Positions 1 through 10,090 of a DNA stretch of 64,000 nucleotides are shown here, piece after piece (within the stretch, counting starts at the first letter, position 1; each line of letters starts with the position of its first letter). The stretch is from NCBI GenBank assembly GCA_965204745.1, contig OZ242010.1, forward strand, positions 4,928,001 through 4,992,000, read 5' to 3'. Made by a program: the position numbers and the translations under genes. Below the pieces are notes generated by a model that had not been told where the DNA came from, searched no databases, and saw only the letters and a program-made list of their open reading frames with translations. This stretch comes from Candidatus Latescibacterota bacterium (GTDB lineage: Bacteria > Latescibacterota > UBA2968).

Positions 1-1090
1 AGAACAGGGGCGACCCATTGAGCACGACCGCGAGGCGAGACACATTGTCGTTTTGATGAAACTTGGAAATCATGTGTTGCACAAAGAGCAAGGATCCGTC
101 GTTGACTTTGGGAAGGCCCGCGCCAAAACGCCCTGCGGAACCGAGGTGCTGGGCTTCGGCTTTGATGGCGGATTCGATCTTTCGCCATTCCACGCCAAAG
201 GGCGGATTGGACAGCATGTAGTCGAAGTGCATGTCCGGCAAGCCATCTTGGGTCAAGCTGTTGCCGGGATAGATGTTTTTGGCATTGTGTCCCTTGATCA
301 TCATGTCCGATTTGCAGGTCGCATAACTCTCGTCATTGAGTTCCTGCCCATAGACGATCAGGCTCGCGCGTGGGTTGAGTTCCCTGAGATCCTCTTCGGC
401 AATGGACAGCATCCCGCCCGTGCCGCAGGCCGGGTCGTACAAATTGCGGATGATGCCGGGTTTGGTCAGCGCGTCATTGTCTTCGAGGAACAGCAAGTTG
501 ACCATCAAGCGGATGACCTCCCGGGGCGTGAAGTGCTCACCTGCGGTTTCATTGCTCTGCTCGGAGAACCGGCGGATGAGTTCTTCAAAAATGTAGCCCA
601 TCTGCAAATTGGAAACCCGGTCCGGATGCAAGTCGGCTTGGGCAAACCGGCTGACGATCAGGTAGAGCAAGTTGTCGCGGTCGAGCCGGGCGATCTGTTC
701 GGGCAACCCAAACCGGTCGATGAAGATGTCGCGTGCGTCTTGGGAAAACCCGTTGATCATGTTGTTCAGATTCGCCGCGATGTTGTCCGGGTCGTGGAGC
801 AATTTTTCAAATGTGAACGGACTCGTGTTGTGGAACTCGTGCCCGCTGGACAAGTTGAGCGTGGTTTCGCGCATCGCGTCGTCGATGTTTTCCGACAGAC
901 TTGCCAACTTTGCCTGCACGGCTTCTTGCGTTGGTGCCAACACGCAGTCGAGCCGCCGCAAGACCGTGAACGGCAGCACCACCTTGCCGTATTCCGATTG
1001 CTTGTAATTGCCCCGCAAGAGTTCGGCAATTGACCAAATAAAGCCGATGTGATCGCCAAAATCCGCATGGGCACGCGAATGATTTGTCAT
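1..1090 (-). CDS. hsdM: Type I restriction-modification methyltransferase subunit M (3' end runs off the window)
   Basis: Not in the ORF track. Manual minus-strand translation from ATG at 1090 (RBS GGAG) gives MTNHSRAHADFGDHIGFIWSIAELLRGNYKQSEYGKVVLPFTVLRRLDCVL...LYDPACGTGGML...FDYMLSNPPFGVEW: the HsdM N-terminus plus motifs I and IV. Confidence 0.93.
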   Translation of the reverse strand, partial: MTNHSRAHADFGDHIGFIWSIAELLRGNYKQSEYGKVVLPFTVLRRLDCVLAPTQEAVQAKLASLSENIDDAMRETTLNLSSGHEFHNTSPFTFEKLLHDPDNIAANLNNMINGFSQDARDIFIDRFGLPEQIARLDRDNLLYLIVSRFAQADLHPDRVSNLQMGYIFEELIRRFSEQSNETAGEHFTPREVIRLMVNLLFLEDNDALTKPGIIRNLYDPACGTGGMLSIAEEDLRELNPRASLIVYGQELNDESYATCKSDMMIKGHNAKNIYPGNSLTQDGLPDMHFDYMLSNPPFGVEWRKIESAIKAEAQHLGSAGRFGAGLPKVNDGSLLFVQHMISKFHQNDNVSRLAVVLNGSPLF

Positions 1091-1281
1091 TGAATCACTC
1101 CAAAAAAACAAGGCGGACACAGGGGCTACGATTGTCTTTAAGGCGCGCAATACATGGCCCAACGTTGCCTTTGTGGTTGTGTGGGCGGATTCGCGCTGTG
1201 CAATGTTCGCAGGTTGACGACAGACGGCTCTCATCCGTATCCGCCCTTTTATGAAGACAAAAAAATATCATTAAACCCATC

Positions 1282-1378
1282 CATTGTCAACTTATCCGTT
1301 GACAACAAATCCGTTGAGTATTATATTTTTCAAAATCATTGTCAACCTATCTGTTGACAACAAATCCGTTGCGTATTA
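1282..1378. promoter_or_regulatory. Two 42-bp direct repeats, each with a TTGTCAAC-N6-GTTGACAA palindrome and a sigma70-like promoter
   Basis: 1282-1323 and 1337-1378 are near-identical. TTGACA(1299-1304)-N17-TATATT(1322-1327) lies between divergent hsdM and the ATPase gene. Confidence 0.7.
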
Positions 1379-1390
1379 AATGTTGATGAA

Positions 1391-2641
1391 ATGGACAAAC
1401 AAGGAGGTGCTTCTATGCAAGTATCGACTGGACGCTGGGTGGATGGCGCCAACTTTTTCGACCGCGAATCCGAGTTGCAAATACTGGAATCGCGAGTCAG
1501 CGAGGGCAACCACGTACTGCTGACCGGGCAACGGCGCATGGGCAAGACCAGTATTACCCATGAACTCGGCCGCCGGCTGGAAGCCAAAGGATGGATATTC
1601 CTCTTTACAGATGTCGAAGGCGCGACCTGCCCGGAGGATGTAATCACCGACATTGCAAAAGCGGCGCATCCGGTTCGCCCGCTCAAAGCGCGTCTCGTCC
1701 ACACCTTGGGACGCTGGTTTAAGAATAATGTCGAGGAGGTCAACGCCTTCGAATTGGGTGTGAAGTTCCGCGCTGGGCTGAACGCCGGAAACTGGCGGCA
1801 CTACGGAGAACAACTCATCCGCGATTGCGCTACGCACGACAAGCCGATTCTTCTCGTCATGGACGAACTGCCGATATTCCTCAAGCGAATGCTTGGCGAT
1901 ACCGATGGCGTGCGACGGGTCGACGAGTTCCTTAGCTGGTTGCGCGGCGTATTTCAGGGACTCGAAGGCGGCTCTTTGGCCCTCATCGTATCCGGCAGTA
2001 TCGGCCTCGCCCCGCTCGTGCAACGTCTCGATATACCTGACCGCATCAACTATCTCTACCCCTTTCGCTTGGGGCCGTGGCGCCGCGAAGATAGTGTCGA
2101 ATGTTTCAAACGCCTCGCCGAGAGCCATGAGTTGCGGATCGACGACGGTGTGGCAAACGCCGTGTACGAAAAACTCGGCATCGGTATTCCGCACCATGTG
2201 CAGTTCTTCTTCGCGTGCCTGCGGGATTTTGCCATCATGCAACATCGGGATCGGGTGACAGTGGAGGATGTGGACGAGGTCTATCGCGCCCAACTGCTCG
2301 GGCCTGCGGGGCAGAACGTCCTCGTCCACTACGAGACGCGCCTCAAGGATGGGCTGGACGACGGGAGTCACACCATCGCCATGGAGATTCTCGCCGAGGC
2401 CGCCACTCAAGATGTGTTCACAAGCCACGCACGTCAGACGCTCGAACGGCAGTACTCCCAAACGCACGACGACGCACGAGACCGCATCGTCGAGGCACTC
2501 GACATCTTGGTACACGATGGCTATCTCGAAGCTGGAGACGACGGGTATCGCTTCCCGTCTCGACTGCTGAAAGACTGGTGGGCCGCGCGTTTCCGAGATC
2601 ACTATACACCTCTCGAAACTCGCCTTTCTGACGAGCGTTGA
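1391..2641 (+). CDS. P-loop AAA/archaeal-ATPase-like (STAND-related) ATP-binding protein
   Basis: FFDRESE, Walker A GQRRMGKT, Walker B LLVMDE, C-terminal winged-helix-like region. Start may be 1415 (AGGAGG RBS). Confidence 0.85.
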   Translation: MDKQGGASMQVSTGRWVDGANFFDRESELQILESRVSEGNHVLLTGQRRMGKTSITHELGRRLEAKGWIFLFTDVEGATCPEDVITDIAKAAHPVRPLKARLVHTLGRWFKNNVEEVNAFELGVKFRAGLNAGNWRHYGEQLIRDCATHDKPILLVMDELPIFLKRMLGDTDGVRRVDEFLSWLRGVFQGLEGGSLALIVSGSIGLAPLVQRLDIPDRINYLYPFRLGPWRREDSVECFKRLAESHELRIDDGVANAVYEKLGIGIPHHVQFFFACLRDFAIMQHRDRVTVEDVDEVYRAQLLGPAGQNVLVHYETRLKDGLDDGSHTIAMEILAEAATQDVFTSHARQTLERQYSQTHDDARDRIVEALDILVHDGYLEAGDDGYRFPSRLLKDWWAARFRDHYTPLETRLSDER

Positions 2642-2659
2642 GAATTGAGGAGATACCCA

Positions 2660-5509
2660 ATGAACAAACCGCTTGAGCAGACGATCCGCAAGTTCAATCC
2701 GGGGACGTTTCAGACCGATGAAGAAGTCATAAGACAGTTCGTCGTCAGGAAACGCGAGTTCGGCATCGCGATGGAGGTTCTCCGAGAAAACGTCGGTGCG
2801 CCATCGTGCCAACATGTCTTGCTCGTCGGGCCTCGCGGGCGGGGGAAGACCATGTTGTTGGCGCGTGTTGTTGCCGAGATCCGCACCGATGACGTGCTCG
2901 CTCGCCGGCTGTTGCCCGTGCGGTTCATGGAAGAAAGCCATGAGGTATTTGATGCGGGCGACTTCTGGCTTGAGACACTCTTCTATCTCGCCGGGGAGAT
3001 CGCCGATAGCCATCCCGATATTGCCCGGGACTTGCAAACTACGCACGCCGACTTAGCTAGCCAATGGCGCGGCAGGGAACTCGAAGAACGCGCCCTCGTC
3101 TCTGTGTTGGAAACAGCGGATCGGTTGGAAAAACAACTCGTGCTCATGGTCGAGAATTTGCAAGACCTGTGCTCTGCTGTGGACGACCATTTCGGCTGGA
3201 AGCTCCGCAGGGTATTGCAGACGGAACCCCAGATCATGTTGCTCGCTACGGCCACCAGTCGTTTTGAGGGGCTAGACGATGTGGAACAGCCGTTCTTCGA
3301 GTTGTTCCGAATAATCGGTTTGGAACGGTTGGATACCGAGGAGTGCCAATGCCTGTGGCAAATGGTCAGCGGCGACGCGGTGAGCACGCGCACGATTAGG
3401 CCGTTGCAGATCCTGACCGGCGGCAATCCCCGCCTCTTGGTCATTGTCGCCGAGTTCGCCCGGCACCGTTCCTTGCGCCAGTTGATGGAAGAGTTGGTCG
3501 TGCTGATCGACGATCACACCGAGTATTTTCGCGCCCATCTGCAAGGTTTCGCAAAGACTGAGCGCCGCGTCTATCTCGCTGTGATCGACCTTTGGCGACC
3601 GTCGAGTACCAGCGAAATTGCAAAGCGTGCCCGCATGGAGGTCCGAATGGTATCGACCCTGCTCGGAAGGCTCGTCACCCGAGGCGTGGTCATCGTGGAA
3701 GGAAGCGGCCGGAAGCGGCAGTACTCTGCGGCAGAACGCCTCTACAGTATCTACTACAAATTGCGGCGCGAACGCGACGAGGCGGGCGTCGTGCGAAACT
3801 TGATTCACTTTATGGCCGCGTTCTACACCATCGACGAACTGGCAGAGATGTCCAGCAAGTTGATTGCAGAGGCAGCGCAGTCGCCTGCCCTCCGCGAGGG
3901 GATTGAACGGGCCATAGTTGAACTGCCGCAAATTGAGCAGATCTTCTCCGGCATGAGACGGGCAAGTAATGAGCGGGAATCCAAACAGGCCGCGCCGCTC
4001 AACGACGGGAAGGTCAAGCGACTTGTCGATGAGATCGCGATAGCATTCGGCGAGGGCAACTTCGAGAAAGTTATCGAAATCATAAACGATTTTTTTTCTT
4101 TTCAAAGTGCAGATTCGCCGCAAGTACCGGATCTGATTGTCGCTTCATTACTCACTATGAAGGCACTTGCACATTCGAAACAGGGCGAAACTGAGGCGGC
4201 GGTTGCGCTTTGGGATGAGGTGATCAAGCGTTTTGGAAATAGCACCAAGCCAAAACTGCAAGAATGGATCGCCCAGGCATTGGTCAACAAGGGAATTGCA
4301 TGCGGGCAACGCGGGGATCTCGAGGTAGCGGTTGCACTTTGGGATGAGGTGATCAAGCGTTTTGGCAAGAGCACCGAGACAGAACTGCAAGAATGGATCG
4401 CCCAGGCATTGGTCAACAAGGGAGTTGCATGCAGACAACGCGGGGATCTCGAGGCGGCGGTTGCGCTCTACGATGAGGTGATCAGACGCTTTGGAGATAG
4501 CGACGTACTGGAGCTTCAGTTGGGCGTTGCCCAGGCATTGGTCATCAAGGGAATTGCATGCGGGCGACGCGGAGATCTCGAGGCGGCGGTTGCACTTTGG
4601 GATGAGGTGGTCAAGCGTTTTAGAAATAGCACCGAGCCAGAACTGCAAGAATGGATCGCCCAGGCATTGGTCAACAAGGGACTTGCATGCGGGCGACGCG
4701 GAGATCTCGAGGCGGCGGTTGCGCTTTGGGATGAGGTGGTCAAGCGTTTTGGAAATAGCACCGAGCCAAAACTCCAGTTGGGCGTTGCCCAGGCATTGGT
4801 CATCAAGGGAATTGCATGCGGGCAACGCGGGGATCTCGAGGCGGCGGTTGCGCTTTGGGATGAGGTGGTCAAGCGTTTTGGAAATAGCACCGAGCCAGAA
4901 CTGCAAGAATGGATCGCCCAGGCATTGGTCAATAAGGGAATTGCATGCGGGCAACGTGGGAATCTCGAGGCGGCGGTTGCGCTTTGGGATGAGGTGGTCA
5001 AGCGTTTTGGAAATAGCGACATGCCGGAACTCCAGAGACTAATCGCCACCGCATTGTCTGACAAGGGTGAGGCACAAATCCAACTCGGTATCGGCGAAGA
5101 GGCTCTGCATACGAGCGACGAACTCGAACGCAGGTTCGGGGCCTTGATTGACGACGACGAAATTACTTTCAAATGGCGGGCGCGGTGGATAAGAACGAAG
5201 GCACTGCTCGGTCAAGAGAAACGCCCTGCCGCCATGGATGCGTTCCGCTCGATGTATGCCGCGTTTGTCCCGGGCAATGAAACGATGATGCGTGAGATGC
5301 TGTGGCGCGTGATCGACTTGATCGCAAGTGGAGTTTCGGATCGCGATCTCGTCGAGATTCTGTCGGAGGATGGAGAGAAAGAAGGTGCTTTGATGCCGCT
5401 CATTATCGCCTTGCGCCAGCGGATGGGCGAGGATGTTCGCGCGCCGAAAGAAATGCTCGAGGTGGCCGCGGATATCCGCGAGCGGATTGAGGAGAGAGTT
5501 AATGGATAG
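2660..5509 (+). CDS. AAA ATPase + winged helix + tetratricopeptide-repeat protein
   Basis: Walker A GPRGRGKT, degenerate Walker B VLMVEN, HTH segment (STSEIAKRARM...LGRLVTRGVV), about 6.5 TPR-like 43-aa repeats; GAGGAG RBS. Confidence 0.85.
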   Translation: MNKPLEQTIRKFNPGTFQTDEEVIRQFVVRKREFGIAMEVLRENVGAPSCQHVLLVGPRGRGKTMLLARVVAEIRTDDVLARRLLPVRFMEESHEVFDAGDFWLETLFYLAGEIADSHPDIARDLQTTHADLASQWRGRELEERALVSVLETADRLEKQLVLMVENLQDLCSAVDDHFGWKLRRVLQTEPQIMLLATATSRFEGLDDVEQPFFELFRIIGLERLDTEECQCLWQMVSGDAVSTRTIRPLQILTGGNPRLLVIVAEFARHRSLRQLMEELVVLIDDHTEYFRAHLQGFAKTERRVYLAVIDLWRPSSTSEIAKRARMEVRMVSTLLGRLVTRGVVIVEGSGRKRQYSAAERLYSIYYKLRRERDEAGVVRNLIHFMAAFYTIDELAEMSSKLIAEAAQSPALREGIERAIVELPQIEQIFSGMRRASNERESKQAAPLNDGKVKRLVDEIAIAFGEGNFEKVIEIINDFFSFQSADSPQVPDLIVASLLTMKALAHSKQGETEAAVALWDEVIKRFGNSTKPKLQEWIAQALVNKGIACGQRGDLEVAVALWDEVIKRFGKSTETELQEWIAQALVNKGVACRQRGDLEAAVALYDEVIRRFGDSDVLELQLGVAQALVIKGIACGRRGDLEAAVALWDEVVKRFRNSTEPELQEWIAQALVNKGLACGRRGDLEAAVALWDEVVKRFGNSTEPKLQLGVAQALVIKGIACGQRGDLEAAVALWDEVVKRFGNSTEPELQEWIAQALVNKGIACGQRGNLEAAVALWDEVVKRFGNSDMPELQRLIATALSDKGEAQIQLGIGEEALHTSDELERRFGALIDDDEITFKWRARWIRTKALLGQEKRPAAMDAFRSMYAAFVPGNETMMREMLWRVIDLIASGVSDRDLVEILSEDGEKEGALMPLIIALRQRMGEDVRAPKEMLEVAADIRERIEERVNG
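4190..5030 (+). repeat. Intragenic 129-bp near-perfect tandem repeat (43-aa TPR units)
   Basis: EAAVALWDEV-type motif recurs at 4193, 4322, 4451, 4580, 4709, 4838 and 4967. Confidence 0.95.
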
Positions 5510-5542
5510 TGCATGGCTCAATCCGCGTTCTTATGTGGCGGA

Positions 5543-7531
5543 TTAAAAATTGTGGAACCCGTGCCCAGCGCCGGGGAACCAGATCAAGTCGATCACCATG
5601 CCGACGCCGATGCCCGTGCAATAGCCGATGACTGTGCCGTAGAAGAAGGGTTTTGCGCGTTCGTATAGGCGGGGGCCGCCCAAGTTGACGATGAGGAGTT
5701 TGGCCGCCCACACCATGAGAATGCTCAGGGCGTAGTAGCGCGGGCCGGTGGTGTATTGAAACGCCAAGCCCAAGGGGTGCAGGGGCCACCACGGGAACCA
5801 CGTCCGCAGACCGGCCAGCAGTGCGGCGATGCCCGCGCCCAAGAACCAGATGCCGAGTTTTTGCGGGTCAAAAGACGTTTTTTCGGTTTCGCCCAATGCG
5901 CGCCCGATCCCGCCGAAGATGCCCAAGGGGCCTTCCCACAGGGTCCAGGAACGCAGAAAGAGCGCGGAGTCTCGGTAGCAGTAGTAGATGATGGTGGCGG
6001 CGCAGACGAAAAAGCCCATCGTGAACGCGATGAAGACCACGCTGGTGGTCCACTGTTTGCCGCGGTCCGCGGGCACGTCGTCCATTGCCTTGAGATGGTG
6101 GGGCAAGACCTGCATGGTTTGAATGCGTCCGCCGCCGTAGAACAGGCTGCTGTTGACCAAGTGCATGGCGGTCATTTCGCGCGTGGAAAGGGTGGCTGTG
6201 CCGAGGATGGCGTTGACAAAGCCCGATCCCTTGATCCACACCGGAAAGAGATACCCAAACCCGCTGGCCGCGATGAATTTGGAGGTCGCAAAATACGCGA
6301 TGAACATCAACAGCAAGTGGACGAGCGCGAGGGAAAGGGACATGCCCAAGGCCATGAAAAAGCAGCAGAGGTACAGCGCGGACGAGATCAGCCCGACGAC
6401 GGCAAAGCGGTAGGAGATGGGGCCGTCGCCGCGTCTGCCATGCCAGGCGGTTTTCGCCACCTGCACGAGATGTCGCCGCGCGATCCACACGGACCAGACG
6501 ACCAAGACCGTCATCGCGCCGTGGCTTTCCAAGTTGACGATCTCGCCGCCCGTGGCAACCTGCCCCTCCAAGCCGACCGTGAACCCGGTGCGATTGACGA
6601 CCCCCATTTTGACCACGGCGAGCAGGCCGAAGAACCAGAAACTGAACAACAAGTCCAAACTGCACAAGTAGCCGAGGCCGATGACCAAGGGCAAGACGCG
6701 CAAATACACGGGCGGAAAATTCTGTGCTATGGTCATGGACTTGGTGTTGATGCTGTCGAAGAGCGTGATGCGCGGCACATTGGGAAACCAAAAGTTGATG
6801 ATGTTCCACCCGATAATGCCCGCGGTCCAGGCAAAGCCGGCCCAGAAGATCGGATCGCGGAAAATTTTGGGCAATGCGCGGCCTTCGCCAAACCCCTCCA
6901 TGAGATCCATCGGGAAATTGACGAGCGGGTAGGTCAAACGCTCGGCATCTGCCCATTGCCGATGAAAGATCGCAATGACAAAAAACCCCGCGGCCATAAA
7001 GGCCAACACGCCGGAAAACCACCACAAGACGGACGGCATCCAACCGGTCCAGGGGACGTATTCGCCGGTGTGCAAGCCAAAATAGAACCGATCCACGATC
7101 CACGGCGTGGGTTCGGGAAAGGCCCACGCGGGCAGTTCGTCCAAAAACAACTCGGCCCAGCGGTTTTCTGGAGACGCAAAAAAATGCGGCGCGGGCAACG
7201 CGCCGATGAAGTAGCCCATCCAACCCACGCCGGGCATCATGCCCACGATCCACATCGTGGCAAAGATCACCATCATTTCATGGCGCGTGAGCACGGCTTG
7301 CGGCGCGACGCGGGCGATGATCATGTTGATGATGACCCACAAGAGGAAGCCCAGGATCAGGGCGACCGGAAAACTGGATTTGACCAAGGACCCGGCGTGG
7401 AGCACGATTTCGAGGACGTTTTGTGAGTATGCCATCGCGCCTGCGGTACACAGGCCGAGGAGGATGGATCGCCCGGTGATGCGCGGCGATTCGGTCGGTT
7501 GGATTTTCGGATCGGATTGTGCTATCGCCAT
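5543..7531 (-). CDS. Polytopic membrane protein, DUF6785/DUF6784 (putative peptide transporter) family
   Basis: Many TM segments; motifs FASPENRW, QWADAERLTYPL, WWPLHPLG, KPFFYG; GGAG RBS before ATG 7531. Confidence 0.75.
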   Translation of the reverse strand: MAIAQSDPKIQPTESPRITGRSILLGLCTAGAMAYSQNVLEIVLHAGSLVKSSFPVALILGFLLWVIINMIIARVAPQAVLTRHEMMVIFATMWIVGMMPGVGWMGYFIGALPAPHFFASPENRWAELFLDELPAWAFPEPTPWIVDRFYFGLHTGEYVPWTGWMPSVLWWFSGVLAFMAAGFFVIAIFHRQWADAERLTYPLVNFPMDLMEGFGEGRALPKIFRDPIFWAGFAWTAGIIGWNIINFWFPNVPRITLFDSINTKSMTIAQNFPPVYLRVLPLVIGLGYLCSLDLLFSFWFFGLLAVVKMGVVNRTGFTVGLEGQVATGGEIVNLESHGAMTVLVVWSVWIARRHLVQVAKTAWHGRRGDGPISYRFAVVGLISSALYLCCFFMALGMSLSLALVHLLLMFIAYFATSKFIAASGFGYLFPVWIKGSGFVNAILGTATLSTREMTAMHLVNSSLFYGGGRIQTMQVLPHHLKAMDDVPADRGKQWTTSVVFIAFTMGFFVCAATIIYYCYRDSALFLRSWTLWEGPLGIFGGIGRALGETEKTSFDPQKLGIWFLGAGIAALLAGLRTWFPWWPLHPLGLAFQYTTGPRYYALSILMVWAAKLLIVNLGGPRLYERAKPFFYGTVIGYCTGIGVGMVIDLIWFPGAGHGFHNF

Positions 7532-7673
7532 GCTGTCTCCCTGTTGAAATATGCGTAATATACCACGGCCGCTTAGGGGTGTCAAACGCATGGTTGGATT
7601 TGCCAATCCGCTATGGCGGGATTATCATGTGTGTTGCTATTGATACGCGAAACCCTCAACGCTCGATTTTCTC

Positions 7674-7922
7674 ATGGCACGCAAAGACATTCGGACCATT
7701 TCGATCCGCTGCGCGAAATGCAAGAGCCTGCTGTACAAATACCGCAAAGGCGGCCGCGGTCGGTTGGTGAAGTGCATGTTAGATCGCATCGCCGAAGACC
7801 ATACCCGCGGCGACATGCACTGCCCAAAATGCGGACAGGCATTTGCGCGGTTCAAAATGTACGGCGGTCAAGCCGCGCACAAAATCATTCAAGGCAAAGT
7901 GTTCACAAAGGGAATGGGCTGA
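7674..7922 (+). CDS. Small conserved zinc-ribbon-like hypothetical protein
   Basis: CAKC...YKYRKGGRGRLVKC...CPKC. Confidence 0.7.
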   Translation: MARKDIRTISIRCAKCKSLLYKYRKGGRGRLVKCMLDRIAEDHTRGDMHCPKCGQAFARFKMYGGQAAHKIIQGKVFTKGMG

Positions 7923-7969
7923 ACGAATCGACGGAACACCAAGCACCAAAACAGCAATGGCAATCGTAC

Positions 7970-8005
7970 AAAAAAACGCCCTGGCATCTCAAAATGCCAG
8001 GGCGT
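7970..8005 (-). terminator. Rho-independent terminator downstream of the GmrSD gene
   Basis: Stem CGCCCTGGCAT/ATGCCAGGGCG followed by a T-tract on the minus strand. Confidence 0.8.
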
Positions 8006-8209
8006 GCTCGTGATATAGGTCAATCCAACTTTCGTACAGGTAGCTTGATCGCGATCCGCTAGTATTACCTACCCTTCCTCTCATCGGCCTCTTTTATGAG
8101 GCGTAGGGGGGGAAATTTTATCTCGCTATGGGTATCGGGAGTAGCTACAAGGACTTCCGGGGTTTTCGCCTGATCTCCCGATGCGTTAGCAGTGCTGTTG
8201 TTCGGAGTA

Positions 8210-9934
8210 TCAGGTCTTGCTCGTTGTTTGCCCATTTTTGATACCTCCACAATCCGCCCACTCTTGTGCCGCCCATTCGATCAATTTTTTTTCTCGTTCT
8301 ATGACCATGTCCTCCGTCCATTTCCCATGAGTAGAAATCTGCTTTGCAACCTCCTGAGCGATCAAAAGTCCCGTTTTCTCGTATTTACTAGCCTTCTCCT
8401 TTGGTCTCTTTTTGCCCAGCTTGGAATTTAGCCCAGGAGGGAGTAGCATAAGATTACCCAGCCAATGGACATCCTTCCTTCCAGTGCTTTGGGGTTGGAT
8501 ATGTTCAATTGACTTACCGACGCTAGCTTCCCAAATGCGGTTCCACTGTTCATTATTGAAGTCCTGCCCAGACTTCTTCGCTAAGTATTCTTCATACCGA
8601 CGGAAAAAGTAGCGCAATGATTCTCCCCAATCGTAGCAGTTTCTTTTTTCGAGTTCCGTAGCAGCTTTATCGGGAGGATATCTTTTTCCTATATCCGATA
8701 GTCCTTTCATAATGTCATCAAAAGGCAGTTGCTTGTTCTCGATTTTCCATGCAAGCCTTACATAGTCTCCGACCGCTGTTCTTGCATCCTTACTATATAG
8801 ACCGTAAATTCGAAATGTGACATTCTCCCAGCGACGAAGTAACTCGGCCTTCTGATTTTCTAGATCGGAACGAAGGTTTATCGCAACAGCAACCAACCTT
8901 GCCTGTACTATCCCTGTAACTGCATTTCTCCGATGGTCTTTTGTCAACTTATCTACTGCCTCAGTGACAGACTTTATCCATCTCGCAGTCTTAATTACGC
9001 TATCCGAATTATCCTTGGACTGCGAAAATAAAAGTTTGACAGCTTTTTCCTCACTCAGCGAGCGGCTCGGAGAACTGTCACTGCGTAAAGTGGCGGCGAA
9101 GCGAAGCGACTCGGTACTTAGTCCCCAGCGTAATCCTATAGTTCTGTACATTTCAGCATAGAGACGATGAATTTCAGCAATCGTATCATCAGTCGTACTA
9201 TCATCTTTCTGATCGAATACAACTGCCATCAGCATACTTTTAAGACGGTCAAACCAAGAGACTGGTAACCCTCTGCTGTTTAGCACTTCGAAGACCGAGT
9301 ACACCAATCCTTCATCATTGATTAAAAAAAAGATGAAGAGTAGTTGATTTTTGAGATGTGTACAGAGATCCATAAGAGAGTTCCCCTCGTCTTTCCAGTG
9401 TTTTACAAAATCCTCACATTCTTTTATAGCCAAGAGGAGTTGAAGGTCAGCTAATATTTCTGCGGAATTAGGATCGCTATTATATTTTTTATACCTGATA
9501 TAGTCGATAAAGGGTTCGCTTTGATCATGGGTTCGTAAAAGCAAGATGGTCACGCCATTCGGTTTTACCAGAATTTTATCAATTTCCTCGCCAGTTGCTT
9601 TTTCTTCTACAATTGAACGGTCTAGTGCCTTTGAAATCGCCTTAAAAAGTAATATCAATGTCGTAATTCGCTGTTGTCCATCCACAATATCAATTCTTTC
9701 ATACTGGTTGGTCCTAATTTCCTCTATACCTTGACTCAATCCCACGACGGTGGACATAAAATGTGGAGTTTTTTCTTTTGAATAGCTTTTCCGAATATCG
9801 TCAAACAAATTTTTTCGATGCTCTGGTCCCCAACTGTAGGACCTTTGATACGACGGAATGTTGAACAGGCGTCCGCCAAGCAAATCCCACAGTGTCAAAA
9901 GATCCATGTCAAATTGCATTTTAGGTTTCACCAT
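8210..9934 (-). CDS. GmrSD-family (DUF262 + DUF1524/HNH) type IV modification-dependent restriction endonuclease
   Basis: IPSYQRSYSW, IVDGQQRITT, FEVLNSRG, EHIQPQS...LGNLMLL; visibly more AT-rich than its neighbours. Confidence 0.9.
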   Translation of the reverse strand: MVKPKMQFDMDLLTLWDLLGGRLFNIPSYQRSYSWGPEHRKNLFDDIRKSYSKEKTPHFMSTVVGLSQGIEEIRTNQYERIDIVDGQQRITTLILLFKAISKALDRSIVEEKATGEEIDKILVKPNGVTILLLRTHDQSEPFIDYIRYKKYNSDPNSAEILADLQLLLAIKECEDFVKHWKDEGNSLMDLCTHLKNQLLFIFFLINDEGLVYSVFEVLNSRGLPVSWFDRLKSMLMAVVFDQKDDSTTDDTIAEIHRLYAEMYRTIGLRWGLSTESLRFAATLRSDSSPSRSLSEEKAVKLLFSQSKDNSDSVIKTARWIKSVTEAVDKLTKDHRRNAVTGIVQARLVAVAINLRSDLENQKAELLRRWENVTFRIYGLYSKDARTAVGDYVRLAWKIENKQLPFDDIMKGLSDIGKRYPPDKAATELEKRNCYDWGESLRYFFRRYEEYLAKKSGQDFNNEQWNRIWEASVGKSIEHIQPQSTGRKDVHWLGNLMLLPPGLNSKLGKKRPKEKASKYEKTGLLIAQEVAKQISTHGKWTEDMVIEREKKLIEWAAQEWADCGGIKNGQTTSKT

Positions 9935-10090
9935 GTTGAACTCCTATCAGAATTTATGGGGGTATACATATATTTTTTATTGTGCGCGATTAAGATAACA
10001 ATATGAGCCTGATATTACAACAAAAAATTGCCCAAATTGTGCCCGAAAGGTCAATGGTCAGTCCACTTCGCCACGCTCGTGCCGAATCCT

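Noticed and set aside
53-1033. 326-aa plus-strand ORF
   Set aside because: Antisense shadow of hsdM, which has clear motifs on the minus strand
4190-5030. Long direct repeats as CRISPR or DGR template/variable repeats
   Set aside because: In-frame coding TPR units; differences are not adenine-specific and no reverse transcriptase is present
5756-7426. Long antisense ORFs here and at 1376-3046, 10028-11416, 20870-22924 and 61330-62673
   Set aside because: GC-rich shadow frames opposite well-supported genes
8065-8250. 61-aa ORF after GmrSD
   Set aside because: No recognisable motif; it has a possible RBS but cannot be supported from sequence alone
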